Origin: Candidatus Yanofskybacteria bacterium
Lineage (GTDB): Bacteria; Patescibacteriota; Minisyncoccia; 2-02-FULL-40-12; GWA2-44-9
Reading direction: 5' to 3'
Length of the DNA: 64,000 bases
NCBI GenBank assembly: GCA_016181045.1
Contig: JACPAB010000002.1
Coordinates: 61,126-125,125 of the forward strand
Positions 18,244 to 26,635 of this stretch are shown here, piece by piece. How positions within the stretch are numbered: the first letter of the stretch is position 1; every line of letters begins with the position of its first letter. Both the position numbers and the translations under genes were made by a program. The notes beneath the pieces are model-generated. The model was given only the letters and a program-made list of their open reading frames with translations, made no database searches and was not told where the DNA came from.

Positions 18244-20130
18244 ATGGCAAAAATATTAGGAATCGATTTGGGGACAACTAATTCGGCAATGGCGGTGGTG
18301 GAAGTGGGCCAGCCGAGAATACTAGAGAACAAAGAGGGGATGAGAACCACACCCTCTGTCGTGGCTATGGGCAAGAATGGCGAAAGATATGTCGGCGTGA
18401 CCGCCAAAAGACAGGCGGTTACCAACCCCGCAAACACTATTTTCTCGGTGAAGCGGCTCATTGGCCGCCGGTTCAAGGATGACGAGGTCCAGAGGGACAA
18501 GAAACTCCTCCCTTACGAGATAAGAGAGGCCTCCAACGGCGGAGTAGAAGTAAAGATGGGCGATAAATGGCACAAGCCGGAAGAGATATCGGCTATGATA
18601 TTACAGAAGCTTAAAGCCGATGCCGAGGACCGCCTTGGTGAAAAAATTACCGAGGCCATCATTACCGTTCCGGCGTATTTTGACGACTCTCAAAGAAAAG
18701 CGACAAAGGATGCGGGAGAAATAGCCGGGTTGACCGTTAAGCGCGTCATCAACGAACCGACCGCTGCAGCTTTGGCTTATGGGTTGAATAAGAAGAAAGA
18801 CGAAAAAGTCGTTGTCTATGACTTCGGAGGCGGAACGTTCGACATCTCCGTTCTTGAAATAGGCGATGACACGATTGAGGTCAAAGCCACCGGTGGAGAT
18901 ACTCATTTGGGCGGAGATGACATCGACCAAAAAATAATCGGCTATCTGATTAACGAGTTCAAAAAAGACCAAGGAGTTGACGTATCCAAAGACCAGTTGG
19001 CTATCCAGCGGCTCAAGGACGCAGCCGAGAAAGCCAAGCATGAACTTTCAAGCACTCTTCAGACGGAGGTGAATGTACCTTTCCTGACCGCGGACGCTTC
19101 CGGTCCGAAGCATTTCAGCATGGCTTTCACCCGGGCTAAACTTGAGGAATTGGTCGGAGATCTCGTGACTCGCTCCATAGAACTTACCAAAAAGACCCTC
19201 GACGAAGCCGGATTCAAAACCGGCGACATTAACGAGATCATATTGGTCGGTGGACAGACCAGAATGCCTCTAATCGTAGAAGAGGTTAAAAAACTTTTCG
19301 GTAAGGAACCCCACAAAGACATCAACCCAGATGAAGTTGTGGCTTTAGGCGCGGCTGTCCAGGGAGGCATTATGCAGGGCGAGATAAGAGATGTGTTGCT
19401 GTTGGATGTCACACCTTTATCTCTCGGCATCGAGACGCTCGGCCAGGTGTTCACCAAGATGATAGAGAAGAATACAACCGTCCCGGTGTCCAAGACACAG
19501 ATATTCTCGACTGCCGCAGATAACCAACCCTCGGTGGAGATACACATTCTTCAGGGCGAGCGTGCCATGGCCCACGACAACAAGACACTGGGCAGGTTTA
19601 TTTTAGATGGAGTTCCCCCTGCGCCGAGAGGCGTGCCACAAGTCGAGGTCTCATTCGACATAGATGCCAACGGCATTCTGCACGTTAAAGCCAAGGACAA
19701 AGCCACCGGGAAAGAACAGTCGATCAAAATAGAAGGTTCATCCGGCTTGTCGGAGGACGAGAAAAAAAGAATGACCGCCGACGCGGAGAAACACGCCGCC
19801 GAAGACGCCAAGAAAAAGGAACTGGCCGAAACCAGGAATCTTGGTGAGACACTTGCCTATACGACCGAAAAAATGGTCAAAGAAAATGAGGCCCCCGACG
19901 CTCCGGCCGGGGCAGGCAAGATAAAAGAAGATGACAAGAAAGAATTGAATGATAAAATTGAGAAGGTCCGCTCGGCCTTGAAATCGGACGATCTCGGTGA
20001 GATTAAAAAGCAAACAGAAGAATTATCTAAATCGGCCCAGCGTGTCGGCGGAGAGTTATACAAGCAAACTCCCTCGGCCGAAGCGTCGGGACCAAAACAA
20101 GAGGAGCCAAAAGAAGAGCCGAAATATTAA
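18244..20130 (+). CDS. dnaK: molecular chaperone DnaK (Hsp70)
   Basis: Full-length Hsp70 with [16 protein letters not shown] and the C-terminal lid. Confidence 0.95.
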   Translation: MAKILGIDLGTTNSAMAVVEVGQPRILENKEGMRTTPSVVAMGKNGERYVGVTAKRQAVTNPANTIFSVKRLIGRRFKDDEVQRDKKLLPYEIREASNGGVEVKMGDKWHKPEEISAMILQKLKADAEDRLGEKITEAIITVPAYFDDSQRKATKDAGEIAGLTVKRVINEPTAAALAYGLNKKKDEKVVVYDFGGGTFDISVLEIGDDTIEVKATGGDTHLGGDDIDQKIIGYLINEFKKDQGVDVSKDQLAIQRLKDAAEKAKHELSSTLQTEVNVPFLTADASGPKHFSMAFTRAKLEELVGDLVTRSIELTKKTLDEAGFKTGDINEIILVGGQTRMPLIVEEVKKLFGKEPHKDINPDEVVALGAAVQGGIMQGEIRDVLLLDVTPLSLGIETLGQVFTKMIEKNTTVPVSKTQIFSTAADNQPSVEIHILQGERAMAHDNKTLGRFILDGVPPAPRGVPQVEVSFDIDANGILHVKAKDKATGKEQSIKIEGSSGLSEDEKKRMTADAEKHAAEDAKKKELAETRNLGETLAYTTEKMVKENEAPDAPAGAGKIKEDDKKELNDKIEKVRSALKSDDLGEIKKQTEELSKSAQRVGGELYKQTPSAEASGPKQEEPKEEPKY

Positions 20131-20145
20131 TAACTAAGTAATTAA

Positions 20146-20190
20146 TCATTCTCATATTCTTGAGAATATGAGAATGATGTGGGTTATTTT
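20146..20190 (+). terminator. dnaK rho-independent terminator
   Basis: A 14-15-bp perfect hairpin (TCATTCTCATATTCT/AGAATATGAGAATGA) followed by a T-rich tract. Confidence 0.6.
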
Positions 20191-20640
20191 TAAAAACAAA
20201 AAACGCCTTCCCGAGGAAGAAGACGCGTGCTGGGGTTTCGTACCCAGCTGCGGAATTGAGCTTGCGCCTCTACCGCTTTACGCTCTTTGCTAACCCTGAA
20301 AGAGTAAGTCGGGGGTCATCATCCGCCGAGACGAACGGTGCCGGAGTCGCACCCTGGTATGCTATCCGGCAGGTTTTATCGCAGAAGGAATATTCTCGTC
20401 AACAGCCCACGGATACGCCACCGTGCGCACCATTCGTCGCTGTTGAACTTTCCCTTCTGGCCAGGTTTCGGGACGGCAGGTGTGTGCGCTGTCTACAGCG
20501 CGATCGGGAATCTAACCCTTCCTGCCATCCCGAATGTCGAAATTATTGAAAAAAGAGCGAGGGGCCGATTTTTGTCAAAATTAGCGGATTGTGTCCGCCA
20601 GAGGAGCTGGGTGGAGGGGTTCAACCGGCCCCGAGAGCAA
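20190..20640 (-). ncRNA. candidate structured ncRNA (about 400 nt, GC-rich; RNase P RNA or tmRNA are the size-compatible candidates, identity unresolved)
   Basis: A noncoding GC-rich block in an AT-rich genome with many nested helices (for example UUCGGGACGGCAGG / CCUGCCAUCCCGAA). A minus-strand terminator (CUUCC-UCGG-GAAGG + CGUUUUUUGUUUUU) sits at 20190-20220. Internal ORFs are low-complexity. No GGAAAGUCCGG RNase P motif was found. Confidence 0.4.
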
Positions 20641-20784
20641 GTCCCCTTTCCAACCTCTGATACTTTAAGTATATCATACCTTGCATGTATTGGTCAAGTC
20701 CGTCTTGAAAAGCAGACAGAAACGGCTTATTTGCTGGATTTTTAGGGCTTTTATAAAATGGATAGTTGTGATAAAATAAGTAAT

Positions 20785-20887
20785 GCGAACTTAGCGAACT
20801 GAATGTGCGAACGATGCGAACTATTAACTAACATTGACTCGCGTGTCGGTTCGTAGTGTTCGCATAACTGTTCGTAGTTTCGCATTA
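20785..20887. promoter_or_regulatory. array of eight TGCGAAC-type heptamers (4 direct, 4 inverted) upstream of dnaJ
   Basis: GCGAAC at 20785, 20794, 20807 and 20816; GTTCG(C/T)A at 20850, 20860, 20871 and 20880; TTGACT in between. Confidence 0.4.
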
Positions 20888-20892
20888 TATTT

Positions 20893-21687
20893 ATGTCCAA
20901 AGACTACTACACAACCTTAGGGGTTCCTCGTACTGCTTCCCAGGACGAGATAAAGAAGGCCTACCGGAGATTAGCCCATGAACATCATCCCGACAAGAAA
21001 ACGGGCGATGAGGACAAGTTCAAAGAAGTTAACGAGGCCTATCAGGTTTTGTCCGACCCCAAGAAGCGTTCCAATTACGATAATTTTGGCTTTGCCTATA
21101 ATGACGGGGGATTTCAGGGCGGCCAATACGGTCAGGGCTTTGATTTCTCCGACTTGTTCGGCGGTCGCGGCCGGGCCGGAGGCGGGGGAATGGAGGACCT
21201 CTTCGATATGTTCTCGGATGTTTTCGGCGGTTTCCGCCAGCCCCGAGAGGAAGAAGAATCAAAAGGCGAGAATTTATATTTAGAGTTGTCTATAAATAAA
21301 AAGGACTTAGGAACTACTAAAACAGTTGAATACGATTCATTTGGAACATGCGATGAATGTTTGGGGCATGGGGTTGCCAAAGGTTACAAAATCATAACCT
21401 GCAATACCTGCCATGGCACCGGCCAAATAAGATATACTTCAAGAACCGCGATGGGGATGTTTGCCCGCATTGGAGTTTGTAACACCTGCAGAGGTAAAGG
21501 CAGAATGCCTGAAAAAGAATGTTCCAGGTGCAAGGGAGCCGGAAGAATTAAAACCAAAAAGAAATTGGAAATCCGCATTCCGGAAAGTATAGAAAACAAT
21601 TACAACGTGGTTATTCCCAAAGGCGGAAACGCCGGCAAGGCCGGAAAACCATCAGGCGACCTTGTTTTGAATATTAGAATTAAGTAA
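20893..21687 (+). CDS. dnaJ: chaperone DnaJ (short form)
   Basis: J-domain (HPD), G/F-rich region, four CxxCxGxG zinc-finger repeats. The C-terminal domain is truncated relative to the ~375-aa canonical DnaJ. Confidence 0.8.
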   Translation: MSKDYYTTLGVPRTASQDEIKKAYRRLAHEHHPDKKTGDEDKFKEVNEAYQVLSDPKKRSNYDNFGFAYNDGGFQGGQYGQGFDFSDLFGGRGRAGGGGMEDLFDMFSDVFGGFRQPREEEESKGENLYLELSINKKDLGTTKTVEYDSFGTCDECLGHGVAKGYKIITCNTCHGTGQIRYTSRTAMGMFARIGVCNTCRGKGRMPEKECSRCKGAGRIKTKKKLEIRIPESIENNYNVVIPKGGNAGKAGKPSGDLVLNIRIK

Positions 21688-21758
21688 ACGTCTTTAATAA
21701 GTATCTGCTTCATTTACCACTTTATCTGCTATTGCCTCTAAGCCCGAAAGGATATATT

Positions 21759-21788
21759 TTATAAGTGTCGTATATACGACGATTATAA
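21759..21788. repeat. imperfect palindrome with 14-bp core GTCGTATATACGAC, upstream of the Cas2-like gene
   Basis: Core at 21767-21780 with TTATAAGT / GATTATAA flanks. Confidence 0.5.
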
Positions 21789-21810
21789 AAACAAAAAGCT
21801 GACTTAATAA

Positions 21811-22344
21811 ATGAAAGAAAGTTTTGTCGTAAAATTTGTTAAAGGAATTTTTGAATTTACCAATGACTTGAGTCGAGAATTGAGCCGCGTACCCTATAAA
21901 GGTTTTCGGTATAGCAACTTTAATAAATATGGTTATTCACATAATAAAACATATTCAGGTTTTAAAAACCTTGAGAATAGAAAATTGCTTAAACGTACCG
22001 GGAAAGATTCATTTAAATTTACAAAAGAAGGAATGCTTTGGCTTAATTTAGCGGTTTTCAGGTACTTTAGAAACAGGTATCCTAAATGGGATAATAAATG
22101 GCGGCTGGTAATATTCGATATTCCGGGGAGTTTAAACGTTAAAAGAGACTCATTAAGACGGAGATTAAAATATATAGGATTTGTAATGATTCAAAGAAGT
22201 GTTTTCGTGTTTCCCTATCCATGTGAAGATGAGCTGTCAGATATTTGTAAAAAACTTAAAATTAGTGATTATGTTGATGTGGTAATAGCTGAATCAATAG
22301 GATCAAGAGAAGAAGAACTTATTAAATTTTTTAAGTTAAACTAA
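21811..22344 (+). CDS. Cas2-like (VapD/Cas2 fold) protein with an ~90-aa N-terminal extension
   Basis: The C-terminal half WRLVIFDIPGSLNVKRDSLRRRLKYIGFVMIQRSVFVFPYP matches the Cas2 signature (lv.YDI...rR.kl.k.L..yG.rvQ.SVF). There is no cas1 and no CRISPR array in the window. Confidence 0.45.
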   Translation: MKESFVVKFVKGIFEFTNDLSRELSRVPYKGFRYSNFNKYGYSHNKTYSGFKNLENRKLLKRTGKDSFKFTKEGMLWLNLAVFRYFRNRYPKWDNKWRLVIFDIPGSLNVKRDSLRRRLKYIGFVMIQRSVFVFPYPCEDELSDICKKLKISDYVDVVIAESIGSREEELIKFFKLN

Positions 22345-22395
22345 GACCTAAAAAGTGAGAAGTAAATCAACTACTATACTGTCAAGACGAGTTAA

Positions 22396-22435
22396 CCTAC
22401 TTATTAATGTCGTATATACGACATTAATAAGTAGG
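22396..22435. repeat. perfect 40-bp palindrome sharing the GTCGTATATACGAC core, downstream of the Cas2-like gene
   Basis: CCTACTTATTAATGTCGTATATACGACATTAATAAGTAGG, verified by reverse complement. Confidence 0.55.
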
Positions 22436-22509
22436 TATTGAATGTTATGATTATCATATGTTATATTATGTAACAGTTTTAGTGGGTAGTTCATTGAAAG
22501 AGGTGGTAA

Positions 22510-22848
22510 ATGACCAAAGAAGCGCTTTTCGAATTTGCCGCGGAGAAGGGCTGGGACAAGTTTTTAGAGTTGGCTCACAATATTCACTCATTGCCTGAAA
22601 TTGCCGCTAAACTCAACAAGAAGGAAAAACACCTGGAGATAGAATTGCGGGCGATGTGTGCCATGGGCTTGCTACAATTGGTCAGTAAAATCCCAGGAAG
22701 GTATCGCTATTCTCCTACGATTTTAGGAATTAAATTTATGCAGGAACAAAACAAGAAAATTGGACGAACCTGTTTTTGCCAGATATGCGGGACTACAACC
22801 GGCCAACCCCATGTTTGCCCCGAGTTTTATCCAGAATTCAGAGAGTAA
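22510..22848 (+). CDS. hypothetical small protein with C-terminal Cys/His cluster (CFCQICG...HVCPEF)
   Basis: 112-aa ORF with a zinc-ribbon-like C-terminus. Confidence 0.35.
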   Translation: MTKEALFEFAAEKGWDKFLELAHNIHSLPEIAAKLNKKEKHLEIELRAMCAMGLLQLVSKIPGRYRYSPTILGIKFMQEQNKKIGRTCFCQICGTTTGQPHVCPEFYPEFRE

Positions 22849-22852
22849 TATC

Positions 22853-22877
22853 GCCGACTAACATCGGCTTTTTTGTT
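22853..22877 (+). terminator. rho-independent terminator
   Basis: GCCGACTAACATCGGC hairpin followed by TTTTTTGTTG. Confidence 0.5.
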
Positions 22878-22898
22878 GTCTGTGATATACTTTAGTTA

Positions 22899-23441
22899 GT
22901 GGAGATAATTAACTCTTATCTTGAAAAGTTCTCGGATTTGAACCTGGGGCCGGAGGCGCTTTTCGGCATTTTAGTCGTTGTTTTTCTTCTTCTTTACGGT
23001 TTGAGCTTGGGCCGGACCAGGGCATTGATATCTTTGCTTGGAATATACATTGCCTATGTGCTCCAGGCGATATTTCCATATTTTTCGGAACTGCATGATG
23101 CGGTCCGCGTGTCTCCGGAAATGTATCTGACCCGAATCGCCCTGTTCTTTGTTTTTTACTTGACTGTTTTTGCCATTCTCAACCGGTCGCTGGTCAAACA
23201 CCGGCTGACGATGAAAGAGTTCTCCATATTCTGGGTTTCGCTTATCAGTTTGTTCCAGCTGGGCATACTGGTATCCATTATTCTGAATTTTATTCCCGTC
23301 GATAAGCTTACGATATTTCCGGAATATCTGTTGGGATACTTTGCCGAACAAAGAGCATTGTTCTTTTGGCTGACGGCTCCGGTTCTTATTCTCCTCATGA
23401 TGCGCCGAGAAAAGAGATCGAGAAGCAGCACTCAAGATTAG
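22899..23441 (+). CDS. CvpA-family-like membrane protein
   Basis: 180 aa with 4-5 TM helices and a CvpA-like N-terminus (LGILVVVFLLLYGLSLG). Confidence 0.35.
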   Translation: MEIINSYLEKFSDLNLGPEALFGILVVVFLLLYGLSLGRTRALISLLGIYIAYVLQAIFPYFSELHDAVRVSPEMYLTRIALFFVFYLTVFAILNRSLVKHRLTMKEFSIFWVSLISLFQLGILVSIILNFIPVDKLTIFPEYLLGYFAEQRALFFWLTAPVLILLMMRREKRSRSSTQD

Positions 23442-23526
23442 TTCGCGAAAGTAAATGTCATTACGCTCCGCCCGCCACCATATTCCAGCCCGTTCCGCAT
23501 CTCGCTCCCGCCAATCCCTATCCTCA

Positions 23527-24327
23527 TCACATTTCCGCTCTCCGAACAAAAGGCATCCTCATTAACGCAAAGAACAAGAGCGCTTCGCTAATTTGTTCTT
23601 TGCTATCTCGGATGCTCTTTATGTTACCGTATCGCTCCAGGAGTGCTGATAGATAGGGATATGGCCGGAGAGCTCGGACAAATGCTTCAAAGCGCAGGCC
23701 GACAATCCAATTGAAGACACTTGAGACCCGGCTTTTCGCATGGCGAATCCGGTTATAATCTATCTGAACCGGATTCGAAAAGCCGCCGGTCTCGGTATTG
23801 ATCCTGATGATGTCGTCCTGGTTGATGAACAGAGGAACATTCAAGGTGGCTCCGGTCTCGAGCTTTATCTGTTTTACGCCTCCCTGGGCGGTGTCGCCTT
23901 TGATTGCCGGGGGGGCTTCCATGACTTTGAGCTCCATTTTTATGGGCAGTTCTATGTTGATTATCTCGCCGTTGTATTCTATCGCGTCAAGAATAGTATT
24001 GGCTTTAAGGAATTTGGTGGCTTCGCCGATAAGTTCTTCCGTCAATTGAAATCTCTTTGAGGGCTCATTCGCCGCGGCGAACCAATATTGCTCCCTGTGG
24101 TTATAAAGAAATTTCACTTTCTTGCGTTCGATATCGGCCTCTTCGAAAACATCGGACTGGGCAAAATTTCTTTCCTGGACCTTGCCGTTTATCAGATTTC
24201 TCATTTTAACTTGCACTGTCGGCCGGCGTTGCTGCATTTTCAAATGATGGGTCTCTAAAACGACGTAGGGCTGACCCTCGTATATGAAAAAAGTTTTTTG
24301 TTTGAGTTCGTTTACACCCAGAGACAT
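23527..24327 (-). CDS. efp: elongation factor P with an unusual ~70-aa C-terminal extension
   Basis: The EF-P motifs (KGDTAQGGVKQIKLETGATLNVPLFI, RINTETGGF) end near residue 190, but the ORF continues to 266 aa. Confidence 0.7.
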   Translation of the reverse strand: MSLGVNELKQKTFFIYEGQPYVVLETHHLKMQQRRPTVQVKMRNLINGKVQERNFAQSDVFEEADIERKKVKFLYNHREQYWFAAANEPSKRFQLTEELIGEATKFLKANTILDAIEYNGEIINIELPIKMELKVMEAPPAIKGDTAQGGVKQIKLETGATLNVPLFINQDDIIRINTETGGFSNPVQIDYNRIRHAKSRVSSVFNWIVGLRFEAFVRALRPYPYLSALLERYGNIKSIRDSKEQISEALLFFALMRMPFVRRAEM

Positions 24328-24370
24328 ATTGGCTTCGACATACTACCAAATGTAGCGCTAAAAAACAAGG

Positions 24371-24997
24371 TTATTGGCCTTGTTCGATTGTGTTAAGATT
24401 TTTGACTCTTAACCAGTAATCTAGTGGCTCTTTGTCCTTTTCGTATAGTTTTCTGAGAAGTTTTCTTACGCTTCGGATCGATGTTTTTTCGACACTGAAC
24501 CCGTCTGCCTTCATTTGGTACTTGGTCGAAATTTGGTCATGCCACTCCTTAAAAAGGCCTTGTCTCCTGAATCTGTATTCCAATTTCAGCTGGGCTTGTT
24601 CCTGCGGGTCCGGTTTATATATCGCGTGTCCAAGCTCGTGGGCTATGAGCGCCTCCTGCTCATCCGGCTCCAACTGGTGATAGAAATGCATATCTAGAAA
24701 AACAAAGTAGTTCGGAGGGTCGGATTTCAAGCGTCCGTCCGAACCGAAAATACTTTTGTACGGTCCGAGGAAAATCACTATTCTGGCGGTTTTGGCGAGA
24801 ATAGTATTCCGGACAGACCTTTTCACAAAAATTGAGTGGGTAGTGGTCTCAACCCCGAAATTCTTGGCCTCGTAGATTATCTTACGGTTTTCTTGTCGCT
24901 CCAATAGGTTGTTCAGCTCGGAAAATACGGCTGCAAATACGGCTGCAAACACGCCTGCGACAAAGAGGGTGATCCCCAGTCGTTTGATTGTCGGCAT
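24371..24997 (-). CDS. membrane-anchored HExxH zinc metallopeptidase (hypothetical)
   Basis: N-terminal TM segment (FAAVFAAVF, encoded by a 15-nt tandem repeat) and an HELGH motif. Confidence 0.4.
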   Translation of the reverse strand: MPTIKRLGITLFVAGVFAAVFAAVFSELNNLLERQENRKIIYEAKNFGVETTTHSIFVKRSVRNTILAKTARIVIFLGPYKSIFGSDGRLKSDPPNYFVFLDMHFYHQLEPDEQEALIAHELGHAIYKPDPQEQAQLKLEYRFRRQGLFKEWHDQISTKYQMKADGFSVEKTSIRSVRKLLRKLYEKDKEPLDYWLRVKNLNTIEQGQ

Positions 24998-25047
24998 CGC
25001 CAGCCTTTCTTTAAAGAACTACTTGGCCTAATTCTACTATTAAAGAT

Positions 25048-25821
25048 TTATTTTTTGAACAGCAGGGTGATGAGGAAGATAACTCCGCTGGTGAGGACCA
25101 CGATTGGTCCGGGGTGGAGACCGAAGCGTGTGGCTATAAGAATCCCGCCCAGTCCGGAAATAGCTCCAAAAATTCCGGAGAGCATCGTATAACGGCTTAA
25201 ATTAAGCGAAATATTCTTTGCCGCCGCTGCCGGGATTATCACCAAAGCGCCCATCAGGAAAGTTCCCGTTACCTGAAGTCCTAGAGCCACGACGAGAGCG
25301 ACCATGAGTAGGAACAAAAAACTGGTCTTGGATACGTTGACGCCCGTTGACTGGGCCAGTTCTTTGGATATTACGCTTAGGGTGAGTCCGCGGTATATCT
25401 TGGCCATTATAAATAACATCACCGCGGTCAGAATTCCTGTAAGCAAAACATCCAGCAACGCTATTTCGGCTATGTCTCCAAACAGAGCTTCCAATAATTC
25501 CGTCTGGGGAGTTATTAGAATTCCAACCGCTAAGCTCAAGGCGAAAAATATTCCCACGAGGGTCTCCGACGGTATCTCTGTCTTTCTTTCCAGAAACCAG
25601 ATACCTAAAACAGCGAGAAATAATGCCCCGAATGCTCCAAAGAAAGGATTAACCTCGAAAAGCAATGCTATGGCAATTCCCGGAAGAGCGACGTGTGAGA
25701 TGACGTCTCCGACCAGAGACATGCGCTTCAGTATCATAAAAGAACCTAAATACCCCGCCCCCAGGCCGATCAGGACCCCTACCATGAGTTGAAGCAATAA
25801 AGGTTCAGTGATGATGCCCAT
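25048..25821 (-). CDS. znuB: ABC-3 family metal (Zn/Mn) transporter permease
   Basis: ZnuB/MntB-like multi-TM permease next to an ATPase gene. Confidence 0.7.
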   Translation of the reverse strand: MGIITEPLLLQLMVGVLIGLGAGYLGSFMILKRMSLVGDVISHVALPGIAIALLFEVNPFFGAFGALFLAVLGIWFLERKTEIPSETLVGIFFALSLAVGILITPQTELLEALFGDIAEIALLDVLLTGILTAVMLFIMAKIYRGLTLSVISKELAQSTGVNVSKTSFLFLLMVALVVALGLQVTGTFLMGALVIIPAAAAKNISLNLSRYTMLSGIFGAISGLGGILIATRFGLHPGPIVVLTSGVIFLITLLFKK

Positions 25822-26590
25822 GTTCGTGTTTATAAAAACTTGCTTCTCCCCCGTAAAGTTTAGTCAAAGCCGCCGGGTCGAGCACTTCGCTGGGAATTCC
25901 GTAGCAGGTCATCTCCTTGTTGATACAGATGACGTTGTTGGCGTATTTATAAACTATATTCAGGTCGTGCGATATCAGGAGCATTGTCAAATTCCGTTCT
26001 TCTTTAAGCTTGCGCAATAAATTATAGATGGTTTCTTCTCCTCCGATGTCTATTCCCGACGTCGGTTCGTCGAACAAAAGAACGTCCGGGTCATCTAGAA
26101 CCGCCCAAGCGATAAGAACCCTCTGAAGCTGTCCGCCGGAAAGCCAGCCCAAGCGTTGCTTCAGCAGGTGTCTCGCCAGGTGGTCCTGCTCGTGGTTCTC
26201 GTCCGATATCCCTACAGAATTTAAGACACTTACTATTTTGCCCTGGTCCTTGCTTTTTATCCTGAAGAATTCCCCTACGCTTAAAGGCAGCTCTTTGTCG
26301 ATGTTCAGTTTCTGGGGGACATAGCTTAACTTTAATCCTTTAGCCCAGTTGATCTTTCCGGAGTAGGGGACAAGGCCCAACAAGGCCCGAAACAAAACCG
26401 ACTTGCCGGAACCGTTCGGGCCGATGATGGCCAAAACATCGCCTTTCTGGACAAAAAACCCGAGGTTTTTGAGTACCTCGTTTTCGTCGAACTTCACTCC
26501 CAAATTTTCTACTGTAAGGATGGTTTCGTTGTGAGCCATGGGGATTAGTGTATTAAAATGATAGCATTTTACGGAGTTGGGAACCATCAC
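25805..26590 (-). CDS. znuC: metal ABC transporter ATP-binding protein with C-terminal His-rich tail
   Basis: Walker A GPNGSGKS, signature LSGGQLQR, Walker B LLLFDEP, and an HEHGHHH tail. The true start is probably at MAHNETIL. Confidence 0.75.
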   Translation of the reverse strand: MMVPNSVKCYHFNTLIPMAHNETILTVENLGVKFDENEVLKNLGFFVQKGDVLAIIGPNGSGKSVLFRALLGLVPYSGKINWAKGLKLSYVPQKLNIDKELPLSVGEFFRIKSKDQGKIVSVLNSVGISDENHEQDHLARHLLKQRLGWLSGGQLQRVLIAWAVLDDPDVLLFDEPTSGIDIGGEETIYNLLRKLKEERNLTMLLISHDLNIVYKYANNVICINKEMTCYGIPSEVLDPAALTKLYGGEASFYKHEHGHHH

Positions 26591-26635
26591 GACCGTTTTG
26601 ACAAACTCAACATTTCGTGATATATTATTTAGACA

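Noticed and set aside
20190-20640. Attempt to name the ncRNA as RNase P RNA or tmRNA
   Set aside because: I could not find the universal GGAAAGUCCGG/ACAGAANCCGGCUUA RNase P blocks on either strand. I also could not find a tmRNA-like GGGG acceptor plus T-arm plus ...LAA tag frame. There are only partial resemblances (UUCGACAUUCGGGAUGG; GGUGCCGGAGUCGCACC). It is therefore left unnamed.
20256-20745. ORFs of 97 and 135 aa in the dnaK-dnaJ spacer
   Set aside because: Arg/Pro/Cys-rich nonsense translations inside a GC-rich, helix-dense region that behaves like a structured RNA.
22971-23549. 192-aa minus-strand ORF
   Set aside because: Antisense to the CvpA-like membrane gene and to part of the efp 3' region. 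Arg/Glu-rich low-complexity, a shadow ORF.
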